Shown here piece after piece: positions 1 to 8,785 of a stretch of DNA of 32,000 nucleotides. A program made the translations under genes and the position numbers. Below the pieces are notes generated by a model. That model saw only the letters and a program-made list of their open reading frames with translations, was not told where the DNA came from and ran no database searches. The stretch comes from Telmatocola sphagniphila (GTDB taxonomy: Bacteria; Planctomycetota; Planctomycetia; Gemmatales; Gemmataceae), in assembly GCF_018398935.1 (NCBI RefSeq), contig NZ_CP074694.1, forward strand, positions 6,390,001-6,422,000. Direction: 5' to 3'. Position 1 is the first letter of the stretch. Every line of letters starts with the position of its first letter.

Positions 1-491
1 ACGATGCTCCCCGGGCCGTGCTGGGGGAGATTCGTAACGTCCTGATCTCCGCCAAGTCGGGGGTACCGGGCCTGGTCGCCGATATGCGAAATAAGCTCGA
101 AGCAATTTCGCAAAAATTTTCCCAAGAAATTGAAAGTTATGTGAGTCGGCTCGATTCTCTGACGGCCCGCGTGGAAGAGACGATTCGGCGGATGGATGCG
201 ACGGGGCCGTTGCTGGCCGATCCTCTTCAGGCGCTGATTCCCTGGGGCTACGATGCCCTCGCTTATCTGGAACAGCGCAAGCAGATGACCGGCAATTCGG
301 TCTGTCCGATGCCGGAACTCTTCGATGCCATCCATCCCAAGCACCCGAGCCTGACTATTCCCGCTTTTCACGATGGGCTTAGACGCCTCGCTGATAACCG
401 GGCTCTGAGAATGCACCCGGCTCGCGAAATTCCGAAACCGGAGTTTGCGCTGCTGGACGGCTCCCGGATGCTTTACAGTCTCGAGCGTTGA
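1..491 (+). CDS. hypothetical protein, C-terminal part (5' end lies outside the window)
   Basis: The reading frame is open from the window edge (first full codon 3-5) to TGA 489-491. The track ORF 18..491 simply starts at an internal GTG. The first part looks helical or coiled-coil (NKLEAISQKFSQEIESYVSRLDSLTARVEETIRR). I recognise no family motif. Confidence 0.5.
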   Translation, partial: DAPRAVLGEIRNVLISAKSGVPGLVADMRNKLEAISQKFSQEIESYVSRLDSLTARVEETIRRMDATGPLLADPLQALIPWGYDALAYLEQRKQMTGNSVCPMPELFDAIHPKHPSLTIPAFHDGLRRLADNRALRMHPAREIPKPEFALLDGSRMLYSLER

Positions 492-645
492 GAGAAATTG
501 CCCGCTTTACTCTACCTGACCGTCTTCCCTAAATTTTCGGTCGGGCTTTTCCTGCAATTCCCCTCAAACTTGCCCAAATCCACGTCAAATTCTCTTTTAG
601 GGTCTTGTAACCTCTGTGTATGATGGGAATTAGCGAGAAATGCCA

Positions 646-673
646 TTGACGACCTGAATACAAGCGTTATAAG
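646..673 (+). promoter_or_regulatory. candidate sigma70-type promoter (TTGACG-N16-TATAAG) for the 800..1690 gene
   Basis: TTGACG lies at 646-651 and TATAAG at 668-673, separated by a 16-nt spacer. This would give a leader of about 120 nt before ATG 800. The match is to the E. coli-type consensus only, and promoter rules in this lineage are uncertain. Confidence 0.3.
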
Positions 674-799
674 CACCCGCAGCCGAAGGGGGATATTGCA
701 TCCTCCACGTAGGTTACCATTTGCATAGAAGGATACTGCCGTGTCCTGTGGGGGACCGTATCGGGGGATTCGGTCGGCAGTTTATCGGGAGGTTTCGAC

Positions 800-1690
800 A
801 TGCGACCCGTAGGTATTATTTTTGTTTTTCTGAACTTGATACTCTCCATTGCTACCTGCGCGCTCATCGTGGTCGTCTACACCACTCGCACGAACTGGAA
901 GAAAGAATACGACCGGGCCAAAGACCTGGCCTTGGTAGCCGAGGCCGCTTACAAGAGTGAAAAACAGACTCACGATAACGATTTGAAAGGTCGCGAAGAA
1001 CGAATCTCGGCTCTCAACAGCCAGATCGATTCCATGAAGAACGCGGTTTCGACCGCGGAAGCCGCCAAGGTTCAGGCTTTGAAAGACCTGGCCGATTACA
1101 AGAAGACGACGACCGGGGACAATTCCGACAAGGCCAGCATGACGGCCCAAATCACTCAGCTGGGCAAAGAACTCGAATCTCTGAAGGCGGAGCGGCAGAA
1201 TCGCGAGGCGATGATCATTCAGCTCGAAAAGGAAAAGAACGTCGAGCGGAAGGATCGCGTCGAAGCGGAGCAGAGATTGGCTGGCTTGCAATCGCGCAAC
1301 CAGAAACTCGCAAATGACTTTGCCGATCTGACGAACAAATATCAATCCATTGAAAAACAGATGGGTAAGTTGGGGCTTTCGAATCCGAGCATTCTGAATA
1401 ATGATGCTCCGCCGCCGCCGAAGGGAGTCGCTGGCTCAGTGACGGCTGTGAATGATCGCGGTCTCACCGAAATATCCATCGGATCTGATTCGGGAATCAA
1501 GGAAGGCAACGAATTGTTCGTGGCCCGGTTTAACGAGAAAAATCCTTCCGCTTCTACGCTACTGGGAACGCTGCGGATCAGCCGTTCGGAGCCGAAGAAA
1601 GCCATTGGCTACTTTACTCCTGCAGCGACTTCCAACATCAAGAAGCCGAGCGTGGGGGACACGATTCTGACCTCACTGGCCTCGAAATAA
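800..1690 (+). CDS. membrane-anchored coiled-coil protein with a small C-terminal beta-rich domain (hypothetical)
   Basis: This is a 296-aa ORF with GGGAGG (787-792) 7 nt upstream of ATG 800. It has an N-terminal hydrophobic helix (VGIIFVFLNLILSIATCALIVVVY) and a K/E/A/L heptad-rich segment of about 200 aa. A PPPP linker leads into the C-terminal part GSVTAVNDRGLTEISIGSDSGIKEGNELFV...VGDTILTS. Confidence 0.7.
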   Translation: MRPVGIIFVFLNLILSIATCALIVVVYTTRTNWKKEYDRAKDLALVAEAAYKSEKQTHDNDLKGREERISALNSQIDSMKNAVSTAEAAKVQALKDLADYKKTTTGDNSDKASMTAQITQLGKELESLKAERQNREAMIIQLEKEKNVERKDRVEAEQRLAGLQSRNQKLANDFADLTNKYQSIEKQMGKLGLSNPSILNNDAPPPPKGVAGSVTAVNDRGLTEISIGSDSGIKEGNELFVARFNEKNPSASTLLGTLRISRSEPKKAIGYFTPAATSNIKKPSVGDTILTSLASK

Positions 1691-1802
1691 TTCAAGTCTT
1701 AAGCGATTAATGTTAGTAGAAGCGAACTCTAGTGTTCCCTCGAGTTGAACGAAGCGTCCGACCGTACAAGGGATTTGGACATCGGTATTCTGGAGATACT
1801 CC

Positions 1803-2321
1803 ATGGCGAAGGTTAAAGAAACGGTCAAACCGGGTAACGACGTCTATACAGGCTTGCAAGGCCTGACCCTGCTGGCCTCGGTTATCGGATGCGTGCTGTT
1901 GGCGCTCGATCTGAATTCCTACGAATCTCGGACTCCGCCGCCGCTGCCCACGCTGCAGATTCCCAGCGCTCAGAAAACGCAGTCGGCCCCGGCGGCTCCG
2001 CGTACGGCTTCTCCGGCCGAGAACAAAGACACTCCGGAAACCAAGGACGGAAAGAAAGACGGCGCGATGCGAGAACCGCTTTCTATTCCCGCCGAACCCG
2101 GATTGCCAAAATTGCCTTCCACAGTCAGTACTAACTTTCCGGAACCCGCCTTACTTCCCAAATTAATGGATGAGCCGAAGTCGGCCGGGCTCATTCTGCC
2201 GGCCAGCGCGACCGAACCTGTCAAGGTGGAAGAACCCAAACCGATAACCGTTCCCCAGCTGAAGCCGATCCCGAATGACGATCCGCCGCTGTCGGTAAAG
2301 CCCTACCAGATCCCGAAATAA
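1803..2321 (+). CDS. proline-rich single-pass membrane protein (hypothetical)
   Basis: This is a 172-aa ORF with GGAGA (1792-1796) 6 nt upstream of the ATG. It has one hydrophobic helix (LTLLASVIGCVLLALDL) followed by a low-complexity P/K/E/A-rich tail. Confidence 0.6.
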   Translation: MAKVKETVKPGNDVYTGLQGLTLLASVIGCVLLALDLNSYESRTPPPLPTLQIPSAQKTQSAPAAPRTASPAENKDTPETKDGKKDGAMREPLSIPAEPGLPKLPSTVSTNFPEPALLPKLMDEPKSAGLILPASATEPVKVEEPKPITVPQLKPIPNDDPPLSVKPYQIPK

Positions 2322-2370
2322 TGAATTTTGGATCTCGCCCAGTTCTGCCCCGCCCACTTAGAATCTCTTC

Positions 2371-3600
2371 ATGACAGAATCGTGGGATGCAGTAGTCATC
2401 GGAGCCGGTGCCGCCGGCTTGATGGCGGCCATTGCCGCTTCCGAACGAGGGCGCAGAATTCTGGTCCTCGAAAAAAACCGCAAGCCCGGTGTCAAAATTC
2501 TCATGTCCGGCGGTACCCGCTGCAACATTACGCACGATTGCGAAAATCGCGATATTGTCAAAGCGTTTGGTCCCAACGGCTCTTTTCTGCACGCTCCTCT
2601 CGCCCACTTCGGCGTTCGGGAAGTCATTCAATTTTTTCAGGGCGAAGGCGTCGCCACCAAAGTCGAAGACACCGGTAAAATTTTTCCGGTCAGCAATAAA
2701 GCGGCCGATGTGCTCGAGGCCCTGGTGAAGCGCGTTCAAAGAGTGGGCGCTCAGCTGGCTCTGGAAGAGTCGGTTACCGAGCTGAAAAAAGACAGTTTGG
2801 GCTTCGAGATCGTGACCACTCGTCGAACGATGCAAATCCCTAAAGTTTTGCTGACCACCGGCGGGCAATCCTATCCCGGTTGCGGAACCCGAGGTGAAGG
2901 GTTTGCATTTGTCAGCCAGTTGGGGCACACGATAGTTCCGCCGAAACCGGCTTTGGTCCCGATTCAAGTCCAGGCCGACTGGGTGGGGGAGCTTCGCGGC
3001 ATTACTCTTCCCGATGTTTCCCTCAAGGTGCTGGAAAATGGCAAAACACTGAGTTCCCGCCGTTCCGGATTTCTGATGGCCCACTTTGGTTTAACCGGGC
3101 CGGCTCCCCTAGATGTTTCCAAGTCGATCAGCCGGCATCCGCAACCCGGTTCGCTCCTATTGGAAATCGATTTTCTACCGGCGATGTCGGAAAATCAGTT
3201 CGATGAATTCCTTCAGAAAGAATCTCTGGCTTCGGGGAAGAAGCAGCTTGCCGTGGTGCTCAGCGAACTTCTGCCGCGACGTCTGGCCGATATGAGCCTG
3301 CTTCAAACCGGTTTGCAGGTCGATCGCAAGGCCGCGGGGCTGAGCAAGGCCGATCGGCTCAAACTCGTTCAGTGGATCAAGAAATTGCGAATTCCGATTC
3401 GGGGTACCCTGGGCTTTGAAAAAGCCGAAGTGACTACGGGTGGCGTGAATCTGAAAGAAGTCGATTCCCGGGATATGCAGAGCAAAATTGTCCCCGGATT
3501 GTACCTCGCTGGCGAAATTTTAGATCTCGATGGTCCCATCGGAGGATATAACTTTCAATCGGCGTGGAGCACGGGGCACCTCGCAGGTGCGAATCTCTAA
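2371..3600 (+). CDS. NAD(P)/FAD-dependent oxidoreductase, HI0933/YhiN (BaiN-like) flavoprotein family
   Basis: The N-terminal dinucleotide fold is VVIGAGAAGLMAAIAA. Family-typical motifs are MSGGTRCNITH and the C-terminal GGVNLKEVDSRDMQSKIVPGLYLAGEILDLDGPIGGYNFQSAWSTGHLAG. The product is 409 aa. Confidence 0.9.
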   Translation: MTESWDAVVIGAGAAGLMAAIAASERGRRILVLEKNRKPGVKILMSGGTRCNITHDCENRDIVKAFGPNGSFLHAPLAHFGVREVIQFFQGEGVATKVEDTGKIFPVSNKAADVLEALVKRVQRVGAQLALEESVTELKKDSLGFEIVTTRRTMQIPKVLLTTGGQSYPGCGTRGEGFAFVSQLGHTIVPPKPALVPIQVQADWVGELRGITLPDVSLKVLENGKTLSSRRSGFLMAHFGLTGPAPLDVSKSISRHPQPGSLLLEIDFLPAMSENQFDEFLQKESLASGKKQLAVVLSELLPRRLADMSLLQTGLQVDRKAAGLSKADRLKLVQWIKKLRIPIRGTLGFEKAEVTTGGVNLKEVDSRDMQSKIVPGLYLAGEILDLDGPIGGYNFQSAWSTGHLAGANL

Positions 3601-3613
3601 ACTCTGACTCATT

Positions 3614-4177
3614 ATGGCAGATTGGATTACCGCTACCGGAGCCGACACCTCGACTTATCGCGGTCTGGATCGGATTTTCGAGTACACCAACTGGGATGGC
3701 AAACTCACGCCGACCAATTGCGGCCTGGCCGCCTCTGCGACATATCTGACTCATCTGGGAAAATTTCCTCCCTTGCCGGAGGAGGCCGCCCAGATCATGA
3801 ACGCTTTGGAAGCGGACCATCCTCCCAACATTTTTTTTGGAAAATTTGGTACCAGCCGGGGCAGAGTCGAGCGAATGTGTGCGGCGTATGGCACCCAGCT
3901 GGATTTTTTTGAAGAGGAAGAAACCCTTAGAAATTATCTCGATCAGAATAAACCGGTTATGGTCATGTGTCAGATGCCCGGAAAGCAGATTCTGGGTCTG
4001 CATTTTCCCTCCGGGCACTGGATGGTCGCCTATGGTTATGACTCGAACAATATTTTTCTCAGCAATTACGGATCCATGACCTGGCCGGAATTTCGGGAGG
4101 TTTGGGATGGTTTCATCCCTGGCCTGATTCGGATGCGGAATATTGGTCTGATAGCGAAGGACTTGAACGTTTCATGA
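3614..4177 (+). CDS. papain-fold cysteine peptidase-like protein (peptidase C39-like / C39_2-type), cytoplasmic
   Basis: This is a 187-aa ORF with no signal peptide. The candidate nucleophile context is TPTNC36GLAASATYL and the candidate general base context is PSGH135WMVAYGYDSNNIFLSN, which is the C39-like pattern GHxxVxxGYD. Assignment is by motif resemblance only. Confidence 0.55.
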   Translation: MADWITATGADTSTYRGLDRIFEYTNWDGKLTPTNCGLAASATYLTHLGKFPPLPEEAAQIMNALEADHPPNIFFGKFGTSRGRVERMCAAYGTQLDFFEEEETLRNYLDQNKPVMVMCQMPGKQILGLHFPSGHWMVAYGYDSNNIFLSNYGSMTWPEFREVWDGFIPGLIRMRNIGLIAKDLNVS

Positions 4178-5370
4178 ACCACTATGTGACCCATCTGGAA
4201 GCGGCAATCGACGGCACGCGGTTACCGTTCGGTCAATTGCACGGAATGCACGCCGGCCGGCCGATTTGGGTGCGGTACGATCTCGAGGCGATTCGCAAAG
4301 CGGTGACGCCGGACGAGATAGCCAAGCGACCCCCCAGTCTGTGGCGCTATCGCGAACTCCTTCCGCTTCCAATGGATGTGGAACCGGTGTCGCTGGGCGA
4401 AGGTATGTCTCCGCTGCTGAACTGCCCGCGCCTGGCCGAGCATCTGGGGTTAAAGAACCTCTGGGTGAAAGACGAATCGCAGCTACCGACCGGCTCCTTC
4501 AAATCCCGGGGAATGACGGCCGCCGTCAGCATGGCCAAGTGGCTTGGTGTGAAGCGGATCGCCTTGCCGACGGCGGGTAATGCCGGAGGTGCGGCCGCAG
4601 CCTATGGGGCCCGAGCAGGCTTGGAAGTTTATGTCTTCATGCCCGCCGACACGCCTTCCATCAATCAGATGGAAACGGCGATGTTCGGGGCCAAAGCGTT
4701 TCGAGTCAATGGGTTGATCAATGACTGTGGGAAAATAGTCAAAGATCGTTCCGCGGAAATGCAGTGGTTCGATTTTTCCACGCTCAAGGAGCCTTATCGC
4801 CTCGAAGGCAAAAAAACGATGGGGCTGGAGATTGCCGAGCAATTTGGCTGGGAATTGCCCGATGTGATTCTTTATCCTACCGGCGGAGGAACAGGCCTGA
4901 TCGGTATGTGGAAAGCCTTCCAGGAACTGAAAGAACTCGGCTGGTTGAAGTCGAACCAGATGCCCCGCCTGTACAGCTGCCAGGCCGAAGGGTGCGCCCC
5001 GATCGCGACGGCCTACGCGAAAGGGGAACGTTTCGCGGAACTGTTCCCGAATGCTCATACCTTGGCCAGCGGTTTAAGAGTGCCGGTGGCCGTGGGAGAT
5101 TTCATGATTCTGGATGCCATCCGAGCTAGCGGCGGGCAGGCGCTGACTGGATCCGAGGACAGCATATCCCGATGGATGTCAACGGGCGGTCAACTCGAAG
5201 GGATCAGTTTCTGCCCGGAAACGGCCATTTGTCTGGATGTTCTGGCCCAGCTACAAGCTCGAGGAGAAGTGAAGCCCAAAGAGCGTGTGGTGGTTTTCAA
5301 CACCGGCGCGGCCCAGAAGTATCAGGAGGCCTATTCCTTCGAGCTGCCTCTCTATTCACCTCCCGCTTGA
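4174..5370 (+). CDS. thrC: threonine synthase family PLP enzyme
   Basis: The PLP-lysine motif is TGSFKSRGM, followed by PTAGNAGGAAAAYGARAGL and the glycine loop YPTGGGTGLIGMWKAF. I chose ATG 4174 (MNHYVTHLEA...) because it overlaps the upstream stop as ATGA (4174-4177). The track start at 4102 would overlap the previous gene by 76 nt. Confidence 0.8.
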   Translation: MNHYVTHLEAAIDGTRLPFGQLHGMHAGRPIWVRYDLEAIRKAVTPDEIAKRPPSLWRYRELLPLPMDVEPVSLGEGMSPLLNCPRLAEHLGLKNLWVKDESQLPTGSFKSRGMTAAVSMAKWLGVKRIALPTAGNAGGAAAAYGARAGLEVYVFMPADTPSINQMETAMFGAKAFRVNGLINDCGKIVKDRSAEMQWFDFSTLKEPYRLEGKKTMGLEIAEQFGWELPDVILYPTGGGTGLIGMWKAFQELKELGWLKSNQMPRLYSCQAEGCAPIATAYAKGERFAELFPNAHTLASGLRVPVAVGDFMILDAIRASGGQALTGSEDSISRWMSTGGQLEGISFCPETAICLDVLAQLQARGEVKPKERVVVFNTGAAQKYQEAYSFELPLYSPPA

Positions 5371-5371
5371 C

Positions 5372-5971
5372 TCAGCGGCCCTTACCCGGATAGGTCGCCA
5401 GTTCCGTGATCACTTTGTCCATGAAGACATCGTGATCGGCCATAGGAAGTTCCGGGAATAGCTGGCATTCAAAGGCCAGGGCCGTCAAAAGCGTATCTTT
5501 GCGGACGTGCCGAAGCAGCTTATCGTAATAGCCCTTGCCATACCCGGCCCGGCCACCGCGTCTATCGAAAGCCACGCCGGGAACCATCACCAGATCGAGC
5601 TCATCTGGAGGAAGGTGCTTTTCCGGCAATTTGCGAAGTTCGGGTTTAGGTTCGAGGATCTGGAAAGTGCCTAGGGAGAGTTCTTCCATGCTGGTCAGAT
5701 GAAAGAGTTCCAGCTCTCCCTGAGCGTTGCACCACGGAACGACAATTCGCTTGCCCGACTCCAGTGCGGCCGGGAGTGCTGCTCGCGTGCGTACTTCGCT
5801 GCGGATGGAGATGTAGTACATGACAGTTCTGGCCGTAGCATATTCCGGCTGGTTGAGAAATTTGTTCAGGATGATCGCACTTAAACCGTCTTTGTTCTCC
5901 AACTTGTTGCGGGCGGCCTGAGCTGCGTCTCGAAGGATTTGTTTGGCGGAGGGGTCTGCCGCAGCGGTCAT
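5372..5971 (-). CDS. 5-formyltetrahydrofolate cyclo-ligase (MTHFS family)
   Basis: The 199-aa product carries the family hallmark LVMVPGVAFDRRGGRAGYGKGYYDKLL. Its stop lies 1 nt from the thrC stop on the opposite strand. Confidence 0.85.
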   Translation of the reverse strand: MTAAADPSAKQILRDAAQAARNKLENKDGLSAIILNKFLNQPEYATARTVMYYISIRSEVRTRAALPAALESGKRIVVPWCNAQGELELFHLTSMEELSLGTFQILEPKPELRKLPEKHLPPDELDLVMVPGVAFDRRGGRAGYGKGYYDKLLRHVRKDTLLTALAFECQLFPELPMADHDVFMDKVITELATYPGKGR

Positions 5972-6115
5972 ATCTATCTCTTAAAGGGAATTGAACGAAG
6001 AATTTATAGAGCGCGGGGGAGCACCGAGAGTAAAAGGGTGGATTTTTCGGATTCTCCGCGAACAATGATAATATCTAATCGTACAAAAACCGGTCTCTCT
6101 CCCCGGAGTTGAAAA

Positions 6116-7891
6116 ATGGCTCTAACGTCCGCTCAATTGGAAAAGCAGAAGAAAGAAGCAGAAGAACTGCTTTTTGCCGGACCGGAGACTCTCGGGTTCG
6201 CCAAAGCACTTTTCTTCGGCCACTTTCATCAGAATCTGATTTTTCCTTATCCCGAACTGAATTCTGAACAGAAACAGATCGTCGAAACGGCCCGCGCCCA
6301 GGTGCAGAAATTCGCCGATGAAAAAATCGATGCCCGACAGATCGACAAACTGGCGGATATCCCGCGCAGCGTGATCGATGGTCTGGCGGAACTCGGCGTG
6401 CTGGGAATGACTGCACCCAAGGAATTCGGCGGGCGGGAATTCAAACAGCAGGCTTATTGCAAAATCATGGAAATCCTCGGTGGGCATTGTGCTTCCACTG
6501 CGGTATTCGTCAATGCCCACCACAGCATTGGAATTCGAGCCTTGTTGCTGTTCGGGACCAAGGAACAGCAGGCTCGCTGGTTGCCCGATCTGGTCAGCGG
6601 TAAGAAATTGGCGGCATTTGCTCTGACTGAGCCCAACGCCGGTTCCGATGCCGCTAATGTGCAAACCACTGCTACACCGACAGACGATGGTACCGGTTAC
6701 GTTCTCAACGGGCAAAAGCGCTATATCACGAACGCGGCCATCGCTCAGGTTCTGACGGTAATGGCACGAACGCCCGTGCCCGGAAAGCCCAACGAATCTC
6801 GGATCACGGCCTTCCTGGTCACTCCCGATATGCCCGGTTTTGAAGTTGTGGAAGCCCGGGCGGAGAAGATGGGGATTCGCGGCACGGCGACCGGCAAACT
6901 TCGCTTTACGAACATGCGAGTCCCCAAGGAAAACGTTCTGGGTCAGGTCGGCAAAGGGCTGCGCGTGGCGCTGACGGTACTCGATTTCGGTCGTACGACT
7001 TTCGGGGCCAGTTGTACCGGAGCGGCCAAAGTGTGCGTTGAAGCTATGACGAAGCACGCCAAGCAGCGCGTGCAGTTCGAACAGACGCTTTCTGAATTCG
7101 AGCTGGTGAAGAAGAAAATTGCCTTCGCGGCGGCCCACACTTTTGCCATGGAGGCCATGACTCAGATTTGCGCCGCGTTCATCGATCAGGGTGCGGAAGA
7201 CTACATGCTGGAGACCGCGATTCTGAAGGTTTTTTCCACGGAACACCTGTGGACGATCGTCTTCGATTGCATGCAAATCTTCGGTGGACAATCCTATTTC
7301 TGCAACGAACCGTACGAGCGCTGGATGCGCGATGCTCGCATCAACACTATCGGTGAAGGCGCAAACGAAGTTCTGAAGTCTTTCATCGCCGTGGTCGGTT
7401 GCCGGGGTCCGGGGATGCAACTGGATGCGATGCGGAAGAATATGATCAAGCGGCCCTGGGTGGGCCTCACCGATGGCATGAGTTTTGTCGGCTCGCAGAT
7501 TCGAGATCGAGTGACCCGTCTGGACATTCCGATGCAGAGCTATGCCCTTCGCAATGTGGCTCGGGAACTGGGTTATCGAGTCAAAAAACTGGGTCAGGCG
7601 CTGCCCTTTGTCTTCCTTCGAGCCGGTACGGAAGCGAAGTTCCTCGTCAGTCAGTATAACCATGAACGGCTTGCCGATATTGCGATGGATCTTTATGCCA
7701 GCAGTTGCGTGCTGAGCCGTCTCGATTATCTCCTTTCTCGAAACGATTCCGATGCCGCCCAAATGGAAGCGGGTAAATACTTCCTGATGCTGGCTTTTGA
7801 TCGCATCGATCAGAATTTCGTGAATTTGAAACAGAATCACGATGCACAAACCACCCGCACAGCCGACGCCGTGATTCAGAGTTTTAAATAA
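6116..7891 (+). CDS. acyl-CoA dehydrogenase, long form with C-terminal extension (VLCAD/ACAD9-like architecture)
   Basis: ACAD motifs present are AAFALTEPNAGSDAANV, GYVLNGQKRYITNA and RINTIGEGANEVLKSFI. An extra C-terminal region of about 180 aa follows. GGAG (6105-6108) sits 7 nt upstream of the ATG. Confidence 0.9.
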   Translation: MALTSAQLEKQKKEAEELLFAGPETLGFAKALFFGHFHQNLIFPYPELNSEQKQIVETARAQVQKFADEKIDARQIDKLADIPRSVIDGLAELGVLGMTAPKEFGGREFKQQAYCKIMEILGGHCASTAVFVNAHHSIGIRALLLFGTKEQQARWLPDLVSGKKLAAFALTEPNAGSDAANVQTTATPTDDGTGYVLNGQKRYITNAAIAQVLTVMARTPVPGKPNESRITAFLVTPDMPGFEVVEARAEKMGIRGTATGKLRFTNMRVPKENVLGQVGKGLRVALTVLDFGRTTFGASCTGAAKVCVEAMTKHAKQRVQFEQTLSEFELVKKKIAFAAAHTFAMEAMTQICAAFIDQGAEDYMLETAILKVFSTEHLWTIVFDCMQIFGGQSYFCNEPYERWMRDARINTIGEGANEVLKSFIAVVGCRGPGMQLDAMRKNMIKRPWVGLTDGMSFVGSQIRDRVTRLDIPMQSYALRNVARELGYRVKKLGQALPFVFLRAGTEAKFLVSQYNHERLADIAMDLYASSCVLSRLDYLLSRNDSDAAQMEAGKYFLMLAFDRIDQNFVNLKQNHDAQTTRTADAVIQSFK

Positions 7892-7939
7892 ACTGAATCG
7901 GAAGAAGGTTTTTTCAGGCTCTTGGGAAAGGGAAATCGC

Positions 7940-8782
7940 ATGCAACTGGCCAAAGTGCGTCTGAGCACGGGAGAAATTCGCGTTGGAAGTTTAGTTGGGA
8001 ATAAACTCCAGCTTTTCGCTCCATCTACGCAACTCGGCCTGCTGCTGGCGTCCACGGGTCCGCTGAAAACGGCCCAAGAACTCGAGAAGGCCAGTACTGA
8101 GAGCGTATTTGTAACTGATGTTCGGTTTCTGGCACCCGTCGATCATCAGGAAGTCTGGGCGGCCGGTGTGACTTACAAGCGGAGCAAAATTGCCCGCGAA
8201 GAAGAGTCGGCGGGGGCGGCCCAGTTTTACGATAAAGTCTATTCCGCGGACCGGCCCGAGCTGTTTCTGAAAGCCATTGCCGAGAAGGTTGTTCCTCCGG
8301 GCGAGGGTGTTCGTATCCGCAAGGACAGCAAATGGAATGTCCCCGAGCCGGAATTGACACTGGTCGTTTCGCCATCGAAAAAGATTGTCGGCTATACGAT
8401 CGGCAACGACATGAGTTCCCGTGATATTGAGGGAGAAAATCCACTCTATTTGCCGCAGGCAAAGATTTACAATCAATCCTGTTCGCTGGGACCGGTGATC
8501 ACTCTGGCAGAGTCCATGCCCGCACTTTCGGAAGTGACGATCCGCCTGACAATCGAACGGGCCGGGCAAACGGCTTTTGAGGGGAGTACGAGCTTTTCGC
8601 AATTCAATCGCACACCGGAAAGTCTGGTGCAATGGCTGACCAAGGAAAACGATTTTCCCCACGGTGTGCTTTTGCTGACGGGTACGGGAATTGTGCCGCC
8701 TGATAGCTTTAGTCTGGCCGCCGGGGATGAGGTGTCGATCGAAATCACCGGCATCGGCGTTTTGCGAAATCCGGTGATTTGA
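7940..8782 (+). CDS. fumarylacetoacetate hydrolase (FAH) family protein (2-keto-3-deoxy-acid dehydratase-like)
   Basis: FAH-type motifs are VWAAGVTYKRS, VGYTIGNDMSSRDIEGENPLYLPQAKIYNQSCSLGP and VLLLTGTGIVPP. I preferred ATG 7940 (MQLAKVRL) over the track's TTG start at 7922. Confidence 0.8.
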   Translation: MQLAKVRLSTGEIRVGSLVGNKLQLFAPSTQLGLLLASTGPLKTAQELEKASTESVFVTDVRFLAPVDHQEVWAAGVTYKRSKIAREEESAGAAQFYDKVYSADRPELFLKAIAEKVVPPGEGVRIRKDSKWNVPEPELTLVVSPSKKIVGYTIGNDMSSRDIEGENPLYLPQAKIYNQSCSLGPVITLAESMPALSEVTIRLTIERAGQTAFEGSTSFSQFNRTPESLVQWLTKENDFPHGVLLLTGTGIVPPDSFSLAAGDEVSIEITGIGVLRNPVI

Positions 8783-8785
8783 AAC

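Noticed and set aside
3831-3838. A T8 run (3831-3838) and a T7 run (3904-3910) inside the C39-like peptidase gene might be slippage or phase-variation tracts.
   Set aside because: They encode ordinary Phe-Phe dipeptides. A comparable T8 run occurs in another gene (9146-9153), and nothing suggests an alternative frame that would be rescued by slippage.
6122-7945. A 607-aa stop-free ORF runs antisense across the entire acyl-CoA dehydrogenase gene and is even longer than the gene itself.
   Set aside because: The plus-strand product has unmistakable ACAD motifs along its full length. The antisense translation is low-complexity (R/G/H/L-rich) with no motif, start context or SD. Full-length shadow ORFs opposite strongly codon-biased genes are a known artefact and a known source of misannotation.
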